A stretch of 64,000 bases of DNA, taken from positions 8 to 64,007 of the forward strand of contig CAMQTJ010000006.1 in assembly GCA_947037125.1 (NCBI GenBank), in the 5' to 3' direction. Positions 1 through 8,310 of the stretch are shown here, in pieces (the stretch's first letter is position 1; the number at the start of each line of letters is the position of its first letter). Made by a program: the position numbers and the translations under genes. The notes beneath the pieces were generated by a model that saw nothing but the letters and a program-made list of their open reading frames with translations, was not told where the DNA came from and did not search any database. The DNA comes from an uncultured Holdemania sp. Its GTDB lineage: Bacteria > Bacillota_I > Bacilli_A > Erysipelotrichales > Erysipelotrichaceae.

Positions 1-87
1 TAATGAATAAAATAACTTCATACATATATCATTCAGTTCCAAGCCCTAGAAAACTAATTGTCTATACATTGAACATTTCTGAGAGCT

Positions 88-127
88 ATTTTACACCTTG
101 TGGCGTCTGATGGTCAGTTAGATTATT
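88..127 (+). repeat. Copy 1 of a dispersed ~40-nt intergenic repeat (core GGCGTCTGATGGTCAGTTAGATT at 102-124)
   Basis: The core recurs inverted at 6251-6273 (1 mismatch in 23) and in the same orientation at 6372-6394 (4 mismatches). The flanking TTTAC..TG and ATTAT are also shared. Confidence 0.8.
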
Positions 128-141
128 ATTTAATGTATAAT

Positions 142-723
142 TTAAGTTGATTTGTTATCATTTATTTTCATTGATATAAAAACAGATATAATAGCTGTAA
201 TAAAAACAAATAAACTCATAGTTACGGTATTTAAATTATTCATTATTGCAGTTAAATCAATATAACTTGATAATGGTTTAGCTATAACTCCAATAGAAAA
301 TATTGATAACATAAGTGCTAAAACACCTTTTTCTGAACCAAATTTAAAGACAAATGGTAAAATTATAGACATACATAATATTCCAATTAATAGTGATATA
401 TAAATCATATCAATACTATAAAAACCAAAAAATAATGTTTGAAAAACAACAACATATATTAATGACAAAACCATCCAAACATATCCTACAATATATTTAG
501 AAAAAACATTTGATAAATTTGAGTAAGGGTAAACTTTAGACAATTTATTAAAAAACGATCGTTCATCATATGATATGGCACAAATTGTAATATATGCACC
601 AATTATTGTTACAAACGACACTGATGTTGGAATACTCATTGTAGATAAAGCTATTATCAATAACAAATAGCCTTTTAGATTTTTTTTAACACCATATAAC
701 TCTTTAAGTAAAAGTGCTTTCAT
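142..723 (-). CDS. ABC-2 type transporter permease, small polytopic membrane protein (paralog 1 of 2)
   Basis: 193 aa and hydrophobic throughout. It shares MKALL.K.LY..KN.K and YDERS.FNKL.KV.PYS blocks with the adjacent 193-aa ORF and lies downstream of an ABC ATPase and a GntR regulator. Confidence 0.6.
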   Translation of the reverse strand: MKALLLKELYGVKKNLKGYLLLIIALSTMSIPTSVSFVTIIGAYITICAISYDERSFFNKLSKVYPYSNLSNVFSKYIVGYVWMVLSLIYVVVFQTLFFGFYSIDMIYISLLIGILCMSIILPFVFKFGSEKGVLALMLSIFSIGVIAKPLSSYIDLTAIMNNLNTVTMSLFVFITAIISVFISMKINDNKST

Positions 724-764
724 TAAAATTCTCCCTTCATAATCAAGAATATTGATTTCTTAAC

Positions 765-1346
765 TTACATTTCACTTTTTTTCGTATTTATTTTAAGTGA
801 TATTAAAATAGAGATTACATTAATTATTACCACAAACAAAAACATCAATGCATAACTATTATTTAAAACATTTAACCCAAATTCATAAGTATTCATGAAA
901 TTTGTTCCGATAGTACATAACATAACTAAAAATATAAAGACAAGTCTTCCTTTAGCTGAACCATATTTAAACATAAAAGGCAAACTAAGTGCCATACAAC
1001 TAGTACCAAAAATCATACCTAAAACAATAATCGTTGAACTAAATTCACCATAAAATAACATTCGAACAGTAATGGTAAACACTAAAGATAGCGCAAGAAA
1101 AATATAGCCTAATAAATACTTACTAACAGTAATTGAGAAAACAGAATAAGGTAATACTTTAGCTAACTTATTAAAATACGATCTTTCATCATAAGCTAGA
1201 GCTGTCATTGGAATTGTCGATCCATAAATTGCACTTATTATAGTAAAACTTGGATCATTAAATAAAGTCATTAATAACATTACAATTATTAATACTTTCA
1301 TATTTTTTACTACAACATATAAATCTTTAATTAATAATGCTTTCAT
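765..1346 (-). CDS. ABC-2 type transporter permease (paralog 2 of 2, tandem duplicate)
   Basis: 193 aa, same length and same conserved blocks as 142-723. Its start overlaps the stop of the ATPase gene by 1 nt. Confidence 0.6.
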   Translation of the reverse strand: MKALLIKDLYVVVKNMKVLIIVMLLMTLFNDPSFTIISAIYGSTIPMTALAYDERSYFNKLAKVLPYSVFSITVSKYLLGYIFLALSLVFTITVRMLFYGEFSSTIIVLGMIFGTSCMALSLPFMFKYGSAKGRLVFIFLVMLCTIGTNFMNTYEFGLNVLNNSYALMFLFVVIINVISILISLKINTKKSEM

Positions 1347-2191
1347 TACATGTTACCCATCGATAATAAAATAATAATATCTTCAAGTGTTGCTAGTTCA
1401 GTTTTATATGAACCAGATACTTCATTTTTTAAAATAAGTAATTGATAACCAAATGATTGCTTATTCTTACAAATAATTGCATTAGTTGGAATATTTACTA
1501 AGTCACTTTCAACTATTTTTAAAATACCATATTTTTTTAATATTTCGTCTTTTTCTTCAAATAAAACTAATTTACCTTTATGAATAAAGACAATATAGTC
1601 ACAGATTTTTTCAAGATCACTTACAATATGTGATGACATAAGAATTGAATTTTCTTCGTTTCTTGTATATTCATTTAAAGTATCCAATAATTCATTGCGA
1701 ACTAAAGGATCAAGACCTGATGTTGCTTCATCAAGGATTAATAATTTAGGCTTATGGCAAAGTGCTGTAATTATTCCAAACTTCATTTTCATACCCCTTG
1801 AAAAACCTTTTAGTATTTTATTTTTTGGTAATTTATATTTATCGACTAATTCAAAATAATAATTTGAATCAAAATTTTCAAAAGTCAGTTTTAAAATCTT
1901 TTCAACATTCATTATTGTTAAGATTTCAGGAAAATAAGCTTCATCGATAACTATTCCAATATCTTGTTTTGTTTTAATAAAGTTTTTATCCTTATTACTT
2001 TTCCCTAAAACATTAATTGTGCCATTATCACAATCAATAATATCCATAATTAAATTTATAATAGTACTTTTACCTGCACCATTTTCACCTACAAGTCCTA
2101 CAATCGATCCTTTTGGAACATCAAAACTTACATTATCTAGTTTGAATCCTTGATAGTTTTTCTCAATATTTCTAATTTCAATTGCATTCAT
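1346..2191 (-). CDS. ABC transporter ATP-binding protein
   Basis: Walker A GENGAGKST, signature FSRGMKMK-like, Walker B LLILDEATSGLD. The start was moved to the ATG at 2191 (MNAIEIRN), which is preceded by GGAGAA; the ORF is open to 2212. Confidence 0.9.
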   Translation of the reverse strand: MNAIEIRNIEKNYQGFKLDNVSFDVPKGSIVGLVGENGAGKSTIINLIMDIIDCDNGTINVLGKSNKDKNFIKTKQDIGIVIDEAYFPEILTIMNVEKILKLTFENFDSNYYFELVDKYKLPKNKILKGFSRGMKMKFGIITALCHKPKLLILDEATSGLDPLVRNELLDTLNEYTRNEENSILMSSHIVSDLEKICDYIVFIHKGKLVLFEEKDEILKKYGILKIVESDLVNIPTNAIICKNKQSFGYQLLILKNEVSGSYKTELATLEDIIILLSMGNM

Positions 2192-2260
2192 ATTTTTCTC
2201 CATTCTCCACAAGTGTAGTTAAATTATTTGTTATAATCTATATTACTTTATATGCTATTT

Positions 2261-2638
2261 TTACTGATTCTCTTTGATAAAAATTTTAAACATTTCAATA
2301 ATTTGGTCATCATCTAAATTGCAAGATGGTGCTATATTCATTATCTTTTCCATGTAATCTTCAATCTCTTTTAATTTTGTTTCACGTAATATTTCTGTAT
2401 TCTTTGCAGCTACAAATGATCCCTTGCCATGCATTGTATTAATATATCCCTCAGCTTCAAGTGCATCATATGCCTTTTTAGTCGTTACTACACTCACTTT
2501 TAAATCCTTTGCTAAATTTCTGATAGATGGTAAACTTTCACCTTCTTTTAAACTATCAGATATTATAAGATTTTTTATCTGCGTATAAAGTTGTTCATAA
2601 ATAGGTGAATTATTTGAATTACTTATAATTATTTCCAT
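2261..2638 (-). CDS. GntR family transcriptional regulator (short YtrA-like subfamily)
   Basis: 125 aa with an N-terminal winged HTH (PIYEQLY.QIK..I......G..LPS.R.LA..L.VS..T..KAY..L). It is the first gene of the GntR-ABC-permease operon. Confidence 0.85.
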   Translation of the reverse strand: MEIIISNSNNSPIYEQLYTQIKNLIISDSLKEGESLPSIRNLAKDLKVSVVTTKKAYDALEAEGYINTMHGKGSFVAAKNTEILRETKLKEIEDYMEKIMNIAPSCNLDDDQIIEMFKIFIKENQ

Positions 2639-2659
2639 ACATACATCCTTTCATTGATA

Positions 2660-2706
2660 ACACTGTCATGACTGTTACAACTGTTCGTGTTGTATGTGAA
2701 CAGTAT
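2660..2706. promoter_or_regulatory. Candidate operator for the GntR regulator
   Basis: ACTGT(C/T) occurs at 2662, 2671 and 2680 (9-nt phasing). An inverted copy GAACAGT at 2698-2704 pairs with ACTGTTC at 2680-2686. The site lies in the divergent intergenic region just upstream of the GntR gene. Confidence 0.3.
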
Positions 2707-2884
2707 AGAACTTTTAATATCTTATGTCAATAATAATTTTATCATTTTTTTGCAGTAGTTTTAAATTAATAACAAAATTATTTAATATAAGATAACAATT
2801 TTATTTTTCAAATATAATTCTTCTATTTTTATAACTTTATCTAAACTTTATCTAGTTATGGTATAGTGTATTCGAGGTGATAAA

Positions 2885-3553
2885 ATGATTAAAATATTAG
2901 TAGTTGAAGATGATCTTGAGATACAGAAATCACTTTTTATTTTTTTAACTGAAACAGGATATTCAGTTACAGTTGCAAGTGATGGTCTTGAGGCAATAAA
3001 TTTATTTGATGACAGCTATCATTTAGTACTACTTGATATAATGTTACCAAAAATTGATGGATTTGAAGTTTGTAACTTTATTCGCAATAAAAAAGATACA
3101 CCAATTATTATGCTTACTGCTTTAAGTGGTGAAAAAGAACAAATAAAGGGATTTGATTTAAAGATTGATGATTATATTAGTAAACCTTTTTCAGTTGCAA
3201 TTTTACTTAGAAAAATAGAAGCTGTATTAAGAAGAACTACTTCACATGAACTTGAAAACGCAATACATTATAACGATTTAACGATTGATTTAATTGGAAT
3301 GAGTATTACTATTAAAGGGGAAAACATTGACGTTACAGCAAAAGAATACAATATTATTTTAGAATTATTTACACATCAAGGAACAGTCTTTACCAGGGAT
3401 ATGATATTTGATAAAATTTGGGGATGTGATGCTTTTTATGATGATCGAGTAATCAATACTCATATGGGAAACATCCGAAAAAAAATAGGTGTTGACTATA
3501 TAAAAACGATGAGAGGAGTTGGCTATAAAGTTGAAAAAATATATAAAAAGTAA
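2885..3553 (+). CDS. OmpR/PhoB-family response regulator
   Basis: Receiver domain (MIKILVVEDD...LLDIMLPKIDG...DDYISKPF) plus a C-terminal winged-helix trans_reg_C domain (RGVGYK). Confidence 0.9.
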   Translation: MIKILVVEDDLEIQKSLFIFLTETGYSVTVASDGLEAINLFDDSYHLVLLDIMLPKIDGFEVCNFIRNKKDTPIIMLTALSGEKEQIKGFDLKIDDYISKPFSVAILLRKIEAVLRRTTSHELENAIHYNDLTIDLIGMSITIKGENIDVTAKEYNIILELFTHQGTVFTRDMIFDKIWGCDAFYDDRVINTHMGNIRKKIGVDYIKTMRGVGYKVEKIYKK

Positions 3554-4940
3554 CTTAACAATAAAACTATTTTTACTAATTGCTTCTTCTTTAGTTACAG
3601 TTAGTTTAATAATTTGCTTTATATTTTCTATTGTAATGCCTTCATCTTTTGAAGTTGTTCAAAGCAAAAATTTTGAAAAAAAAGTAAATAAAATAGTTGA
3701 AGAAGTTAAAAATAAGGATAATTCTGAAACAATAGACTTAACTATGGAACTATTTGCACTAGAAAACAATATTTATATCGAAATATGTCAAAATCAAAAA
3801 GTCATTATGAATTTTGGATCTAGTAGATCGTTTATTGATGAAAATAACTTAGATTTTTTTTATTATGATACTAGTGTTAATAGTATTGAAAATATTGTCA
3901 CAAAAGATGTAGCTATTGCACAAGACACAGATATTTCTAAACAGAAAATTGAAATTTTAAATCAAACTTACGATATGCTAATATACGGTGGAGAAATGCA
4001 AACAGTTAATATTATCACATCAATTATAAACAATATAATTCCATGGATTTTATTATTTGTATTGATTATTTCAAGTATTATTGCTTGGTATTCATCAAAA
4101 TTTATTACTAATCCAATAAAAAAATTACGAAATGATACTAAACAAATCGCAAATCTTGATTTTAATATTTCCCCTTTAAATGATCGAACAGATGAACTAG
4201 GCGAACTATCACAAGACATAAATACTCTTGCAATTAACCTCAATAATGCCATAAATAAACTACACTCAGAATTAGAACTAGAAAAGCAACTTGAACAAAA
4301 ACAAAGATTGTTTTTTGCAGCGGCTTCACACGAACTAAAAACCCCTTTAACTATTATAAAAAGTAAACTAGAGGGCATGATTTATGGATATGGTGATTAT
4401 AAAGACCACGAAATCTATTTACCAAGCACACTTAAAACTGCAACACAAATGGAGAAAATAATAACTGATATACTAAATTCATCTCAACTTGAAGATTACT
4501 CTATACAAAAAATAAATATTCATCTTCAACCAATAATTGAAAATATACTTGAACAATATAGTGAATTAATTAGTGCTAAAAAATTTAAAATGAGCGTTAT
4601 TCTTGAAGATTTAGTAATAATTGGTGATGAAACTATGTTTACAAAAGCAATTCAAAATATTATTGGAAATGCAATTTTATACACAAGTGAATTATCACAA
4701 ATTACAATTACACTTACAAATAATATACTATCAGTAGAAAATTTTGGCGTTAATATCTCTTCTGATCAAGTACAACAACTTTGTGACCCATTTTATCGAA
4801 TTGAAAAATCTCGTAACAAACAAACAGGTGGTACAGGTCTTGGATTATGTTTTGTAAAACAAATTTTAGAAAAACATAATTTACAATTTGAAATAATCGC
4901 AGAAGAAAATAGTTTAATTTTCAAAATTTATCTTTTATAA
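3519..4940 (+). CDS. Sensor histidine kinase (two TM segments, HAMP, HisKA, HATPase_c)
   Basis: H-box AAASHELKTPLT, N-box IIGNAILYT, G-box GGTGLGL. The true start is uncertain because the ORF overlaps the response regulator gene by 35 nt. Confidence 0.85.
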   Translation: MAIKLKKYIKSNLTIKLFLLIASSLVTVSLIICFIFSIVMPSSFEVVQSKNFEKKVNKIVEEVKNKDNSETIDLTMELFALENNIYIEICQNQKVIMNFGSSRSFIDENNLDFFYYDTSVNSIENIVTKDVAIAQDTDISKQKIEILNQTYDMLIYGGEMQTVNIITSIINNIIPWILLFVLIISSIIAWYSSKFITNPIKKLRNDTKQIANLDFNISPLNDRTDELGELSQDINTLAINLNNAINKLHSELELEKQLEQKQRLFFAAASHELKTPLTIIKSKLEGMIYGYGDYKDHEIYLPSTLKTATQMEKIITDILNSSQLEDYSIQKINIHLQPIIENILEQYSELISAKKFKMSVILEDLVIIGDETMFTKAIQNIIGNAILYTSELSQITITLTNNILSVENFGVNISSDQVQQLCDPFYRIEKSRNKQTGGTGLGLCFVKQILEKHNLQFEIIAEENSLIFKIYLL

Positions 4941-5079
4941 ATCAAGTTTACTTTTAGTTAATTGCTTAATTCTTATCTAAACTTGATAAAATCTTGAGCA
5001 AAACTTAATCCGCTAAATAACTAAAAAGTTTATAGTATAAATATATTTATTTAATAATAAATATTGGAGGATAAATTTC

Positions 5080-6126
5080 ATGAAAAATAAAAAACAGATT
5101 ATTTGCGCAGCATTTATATTATCATTGCTTGCTACAGCGTCAACTGCAACAACATTCGCAACACAAAATAGCCAAGATGTTTTCATAGATGAAAAAGGCA
5201 ATATTACACCATGGTCACAACAACTTGAGGGTAAACTTGATAAAACAGCAATAAACCATGCACATGAAATTAATAGTACTTTACCAAATATTAATGATTT
5301 GTCACTTATTAGAAATGTTAATGGAAAAATGGAAACTTCAAATGATTATGGTAAATCATGGGGCGTAGTTGCTGATGATGGTTTTTATCATGTTGATGAT
5401 ACACTTGTGTGGAAAACACTTACGGTAGAAGATCTTAAAAAAAGCATTGCTGAATGTAAAGATGAAATGAAAGACAAGGAATTCATGAAAATGATGCTTG
5501 AACTTAACGATTTCACTAAAAATGATATGGAAAATCTAATAAAAAATTATGAGCAGCAAATTGAAGATATTAAAAATGGTGCAATTATTAAAACAGGCAC
5601 TAGTAAAGATGGATCTGTTCTTATAGCGAATAACATTGAAAAAGACCCAGTTAATATTATGTTTGCAACAGCTGTGGGTGCTGTATTTGTGGACGATGAA
5701 ACAGGTTCATCTTTCCAGTATGAAACAAAAAACCTAGAACAACTAAAAGTAAGACTTGAAAAAGCTGTAAAAGATGGTGAAATCACAAAAGAAAATATGG
5801 ATAAAGTTATTTTAGAAATTGAAAATAATCGTAATATGTCTGCAAACTTCGAAGCTGTACCTACTGACTTAACGAAATATGGTGACTTTGATGAATTTAC
5901 TACCCTTTTTGATGAAATGAAAAATTACGAAGAATTTGGTGTGACATTTGAATCTAGTCACAGTTATCTTGGAAATATTTATTACAATGGTGAACTTATC
6001 AAATCATTATCCGATATAAAACCAAACGGTAGCACCCTATTCGTATCCTCAAAAGACGGTGGAGAAATTGAACTGCAAACCATATATGATACAAAAGATA
6101 ATTTAATAGGTGTTAAAAAGATTTAA
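5080..6126 (+). CDS. Secreted protein of unknown function (signal peptide)
   Basis: N-terminal MKNKKQIICAAFILSLLATASTATTFA signal sequence and an upstream GGAGG RBS. It is acidic, lysine-rich and has no motif I recognise. It sits immediately downstream of the two-component system. Confidence 0.7.
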   Translation: MKNKKQIICAAFILSLLATASTATTFATQNSQDVFIDEKGNITPWSQQLEGKLDKTAINHAHEINSTLPNINDLSLIRNVNGKMETSNDYGKSWGVVADDGFYHVDDTLVWKTLTVEDLKKSIAECKDEMKDKEFMKMMLELNDFTKNDMENLIKNYEQQIEDIKNGAIIKTGTSKDGSVLIANNIEKDPVNIMFATAVGAVFVDDETGSSFQYETKNLEQLKVRLEKAVKDGEITKENMDKVILEIENNRNMSANFEAVPTDLTKYGDFDEFTTLFDEMKNYEEFGVTFESSHSYLGNIYYNGELIKSLSDIKPNGSTLFVSSKDGGEIELQTIYDTKDNLIGVKKI

Positions 6127-6144
6127 TCATATTAATTAATATAG

Positions 6145-6183
6145 AAAAACACAAGACTATTTTGATAAGCTTGTGTTTTTTAC
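6145..6183 (+). terminator. Rho-independent terminator
   Basis: AAAAACACAAG (6145-6155) pairs with CTTGTGTTTTT (6170-6180), followed by a T-run. Confidence 0.7.
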
Positions 6184-6247
6184 TAATTATAACTTAAATA
6201 TTATAATTAAAATTTTATCTACCTTTCAAATAATGATTTTTATATAA

Positions 6248-6398
6248 GATAATCTAACTGACCATCTGACGCCCATTGGTAAATAACTAACCCATTTTTT
6301 TAATATGGTAATCATTTATCACTAGAAACAGTGTAATAATTTAAAAAAGAAATAAATATTTTACTGGATTGGGTGTCAGGTGGTCAGTTAGGTTAGAT
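6248..6398. repeat. MITE-like / structured element: two inverted copies of the dispersed repeat flanking a ~94-nt AT-rich loop
   Basis: 6250-6275 pairs with 6370-6395 over 26 consecutive positions (23 Watson-Crick and 3 G:U in plus-strand sense). Confidence 0.75.
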
Positions 6399-6551
6399 AA
6401 TAATCAATGTATTTTTTAAAATAAATACATAAAGAAAAAACTAAAATCAACATTAAGTATAATTTTATGGGCAATATAAAAGCATAATGATTACTTTAAT
6501 ACCTTCAACTGATAAAATAATAGATGGTTCTTATAATTAAGTATTTAAGCC

Positions 6552-6580
6552 TTTACAATATGGAATAAATCCCATATATT
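6552..6580 (+). promoter_or_regulatory. Sigma-A type promoter with an embedded palindromic operator for the toxin-antitoxin pair
   Basis: TTTACA (6552-6557), 17-nt spacer, TATATT (6575-6580). The palindrome ATATGG (6558-6563) / CCATAT (6572-6577) spans the spacer and the -10 element. Confidence 0.5.
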
Positions 6581-6624
6581 ATAAGTGATGATATGATTTA
6601 TTTGAAAAAGGTGAAAATAAACAA

Positions 6625-6983
6625 ATGAGTGAATTTAAATCATCTTATACAAGAAAGAAAATGGAGCTATCCCCGTAGACGAGTTCATTGATAGCTTGAA
6701 TATAAAATTGCAAGCTAAAGTTTTAACAGGAATTAAACTATTAAAGGCGAACGGTAATTTACTTCGTGAACCGTACACAAAGCATCTAAAAGATGGAATA
6801 TTTGAACTTAGGTCAAAACAAGGTTCTGATATAACAAGAGTGCTATATTTTTTCGTTGTTGGAAAACAAATAATATTAACAAATGGCTTTATAAAGAAGA
6901 CTCAAAAAGCACCCAAAAGTGAAATAGATCTTGCAGAGAAATATCGAAAAGATTATCTTGAAAGATTTGAAAAGGAGATGTAA
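6625..6983 (+). pseudogene. Gp49/HigB-like (RelE/ParE superfamily) toxin, N-terminal frameshift
   Basis: An RBS AAAGGTGA plus the ATG at 6625 encodes MSEFK, then runs out of frame to a stop at 6676. The -1 frame from 6639 reads IILYKKENGAIPVDEFIDSLNIKLQAKV... and continues into the 6696-6983 ORF. One extra A in TTTAAATC would restore a family-typical N-terminus. Confidence 0.7.
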
Positions 6984-6985
6984 TT

Positions 6986-7273
6986 ATGCGTGATGATTTT
7001 GATAAATTGTTAGATAAACATATGAAAAAACCTGAGTTTAAGCTTGAATATGAAGCATTACAACCAGAAGCCAATATTATTCAAGCTATTATTGATGCAC
7101 GAAAAGATAGCCACTTAACACAAAAAGAGCTTGCAGATAAAACAGGCATCAATCAAGCTGATATTAGTAAATTGGAAAATGGTAATGCAAACCCTACTCT
7201 TGAACTTCTTAAAAGACTAGCTGAAGGAATGAATATGACACTTAAACTTGAATTTATTCCAAAAAATCATTAA
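6986..7273 (+). CDS. XRE-family HTH antitoxin (HigA-like)
   Basis: HTH LTQKELADKTGINQADISKLENGNANPTLELLKRLA. It starts 2 nt after the toxin stop. Confidence 0.8.
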   Translation: MRDDFDKLLDKHMKKPEFKLEYEALQPEANIIQAIIDARKDSHLTQKELADKTGINQADISKLENGNANPTLELLKRLAEGMNMTLKLEFIPKNH

Positions 7274-7294
7274 AACTAAATAGTTAATAACATC

Positions 7295-7337
7295 AAACCA
7301 CAAACAAAGTTTAATCTTTTTGTTTGTGGTTTTTTTA
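7295..7337 (+). terminator. Rho-independent terminator
   Basis: AAACCACAAACAAA (7295-7308) pairs with TTTGTTTGTGGTTT, followed by TTTTTT. Confidence 0.75.
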
Positions 7338-7573
7338 TCATAAATAAATTATATATATAATACCGCATAATATGGAAGTTCATTATGTTAAATGGAAAAA
7401 TTATATAATTGATGGTTACTTTATAACTGTTTTTACAGCATTATTGCACTATAAATAAGTAATAATCCCAACTATGTTAATAGTTACAAACCAATAAATC
7501 CCCTACTTAATTAGCTATAAAAGATGGTTGGATTATTCTTGATTTCTTTACAAGTTAATAATTAAATATAAAC

Positions 7574-7609
7574 AAAAAAATCTACTAATATCTTGTAACT
7601 GCAGTAGAT
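7574..7609 (-). terminator. Putative terminator of the GNAT gene
   Basis: Minus-strand ATCTACT / AGTAGAT stem with a 16-nt loop, then a U7 tract. Confidence 0.45.
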
Positions 7610-7658
7610 TTATATATATATCATTAATTGTATATACGTTAGTATATTCTATACTAAA

Positions 7659-8189
7659 CTATTTCATAAAATTAATGAAATTATTTTTATTTAATTCATA
7701 TTGCACACTAGATTGTAATTGCCCTAATTGATTAGTCCATGAATCCACACTAACTTTTGTTTTAATAAATCCCAATGTTTCATATACATGTTGTGATATA
7801 AAATTATTAAGATTTATATTTACTACTATTTTTTTATATTGTAATTCAAATAACAAAAAATCAATCATCATACTTAAATAAATTTTTCCGAGTCCCTGAT
7901 CATGTTTTGTGAAATCACAAATTTTTATACCTAACTCTACACTTAAATTACCTATATTTCGGTAATGCATTTCCCCAATTGCAATATCTTTATATTCTAA
8001 TATAAATAATTGACTAGTATAAACACTACAACTTTTAATTTTATTATTAATGTTTTCTATATTTTCATTAAGACCATAAGGAAACCCTGCATGTTCCATT
8101 ATTTTTCCATCATTGTACCAATTCAACAACATCAAACTATCATCTAAATTTGCAAATCTAATTGTTTTATTTTTATATATCATTATCAT
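7659..8189 (-). CDS. GNAT family N-acetyltransferase
   Basis: 176 aa. A central ...LGIKICD....QGLGKGK-like acetyl-CoA binding segment (HDQGLGKIYL) and RimJ/AAC(6')-like length and layout. Confidence 0.7.
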   Translation of the reverse strand: MIMIYKNKTIRFANLDDSLMLLNWYNDGKIMEHAGFPYGLNENIENINNKIKSCSVYTSQLFILEYKDIAIGEMHYRNIGNLSVELGIKICDFTKHDQGLGKIYLSMMIDFLLFELQYKKIVVNINLNNFISQHVYETLGFIKTKVSVDSWTNQLGQLQSSVQYELNKNNFINFMK

Positions 8190-8310
8190 TTTTACCTTAC
8201 TTTCAATTATATTATAGCAGTTATATTAATTTGTTTAATTAAATAAATAAAACAAATTAAAAAGTAGACCCTAAGGCCTACTTAATTATAATAAATTATT
8301 GTAACAATTA

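Noticed and set aside
102-124. tRNA fragment or phage att site interpretation of the GGTCAGTTAG repeat core
   Set aside because: There is no cloverleaf, no T-loop GTTCGAATC-like sequence and no integrase nearby. The three copies share flanks that are not tRNA-like.
3968-4378. Antisense or shadow ORFs inside well-supported genes. These are 3968-4378, 5013-5201, 5547-5786, 6889-7074, 9779-10036, 12291-12584, 12734-12949, 14555-14842, 15655-15894, 18622-18834, 25251-25442, 27729-28082, 34101-34295, 34545-34811, 36402-36593, 43869-44213, 44903-45088, 45720-45953, 51021-51203, 55187-55369, 55819-56055, 57281-57577, 58857-59090, 59997-60191 and 60755-61006.
   Set aside because: Each lies wholly within, and in a different frame or strand from, a gene with clear family motifs. 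Their translations are low-complexity (Ile/Phe/Ser/Leu-rich, as expected from AT-rich antisense) and no RBS was evident.
6634-6640. Programmed -1 frameshift at TTTAAAT in the toxin gene
   Set aside because: In the zero frame the codons are TTT AAA TCA, so the heptamer is not in the X XXY YYZ register. A -1 slip on AAA lands on UAA, and no downstream stimulatory structure is obvious. A simple 1-nt indel, or a sequencing error in the A-run, is the more economical reading.
7373-7453. 26-codon ORF (MEVHYVKWKNYIIDGYFITVFTALLHYK) in the 7274-7658 intergenic region
   Set aside because: No Shine-Dalgarno sequence precedes the ATG, I found no promoter, and the composition is typical of random AT-rich sequence.
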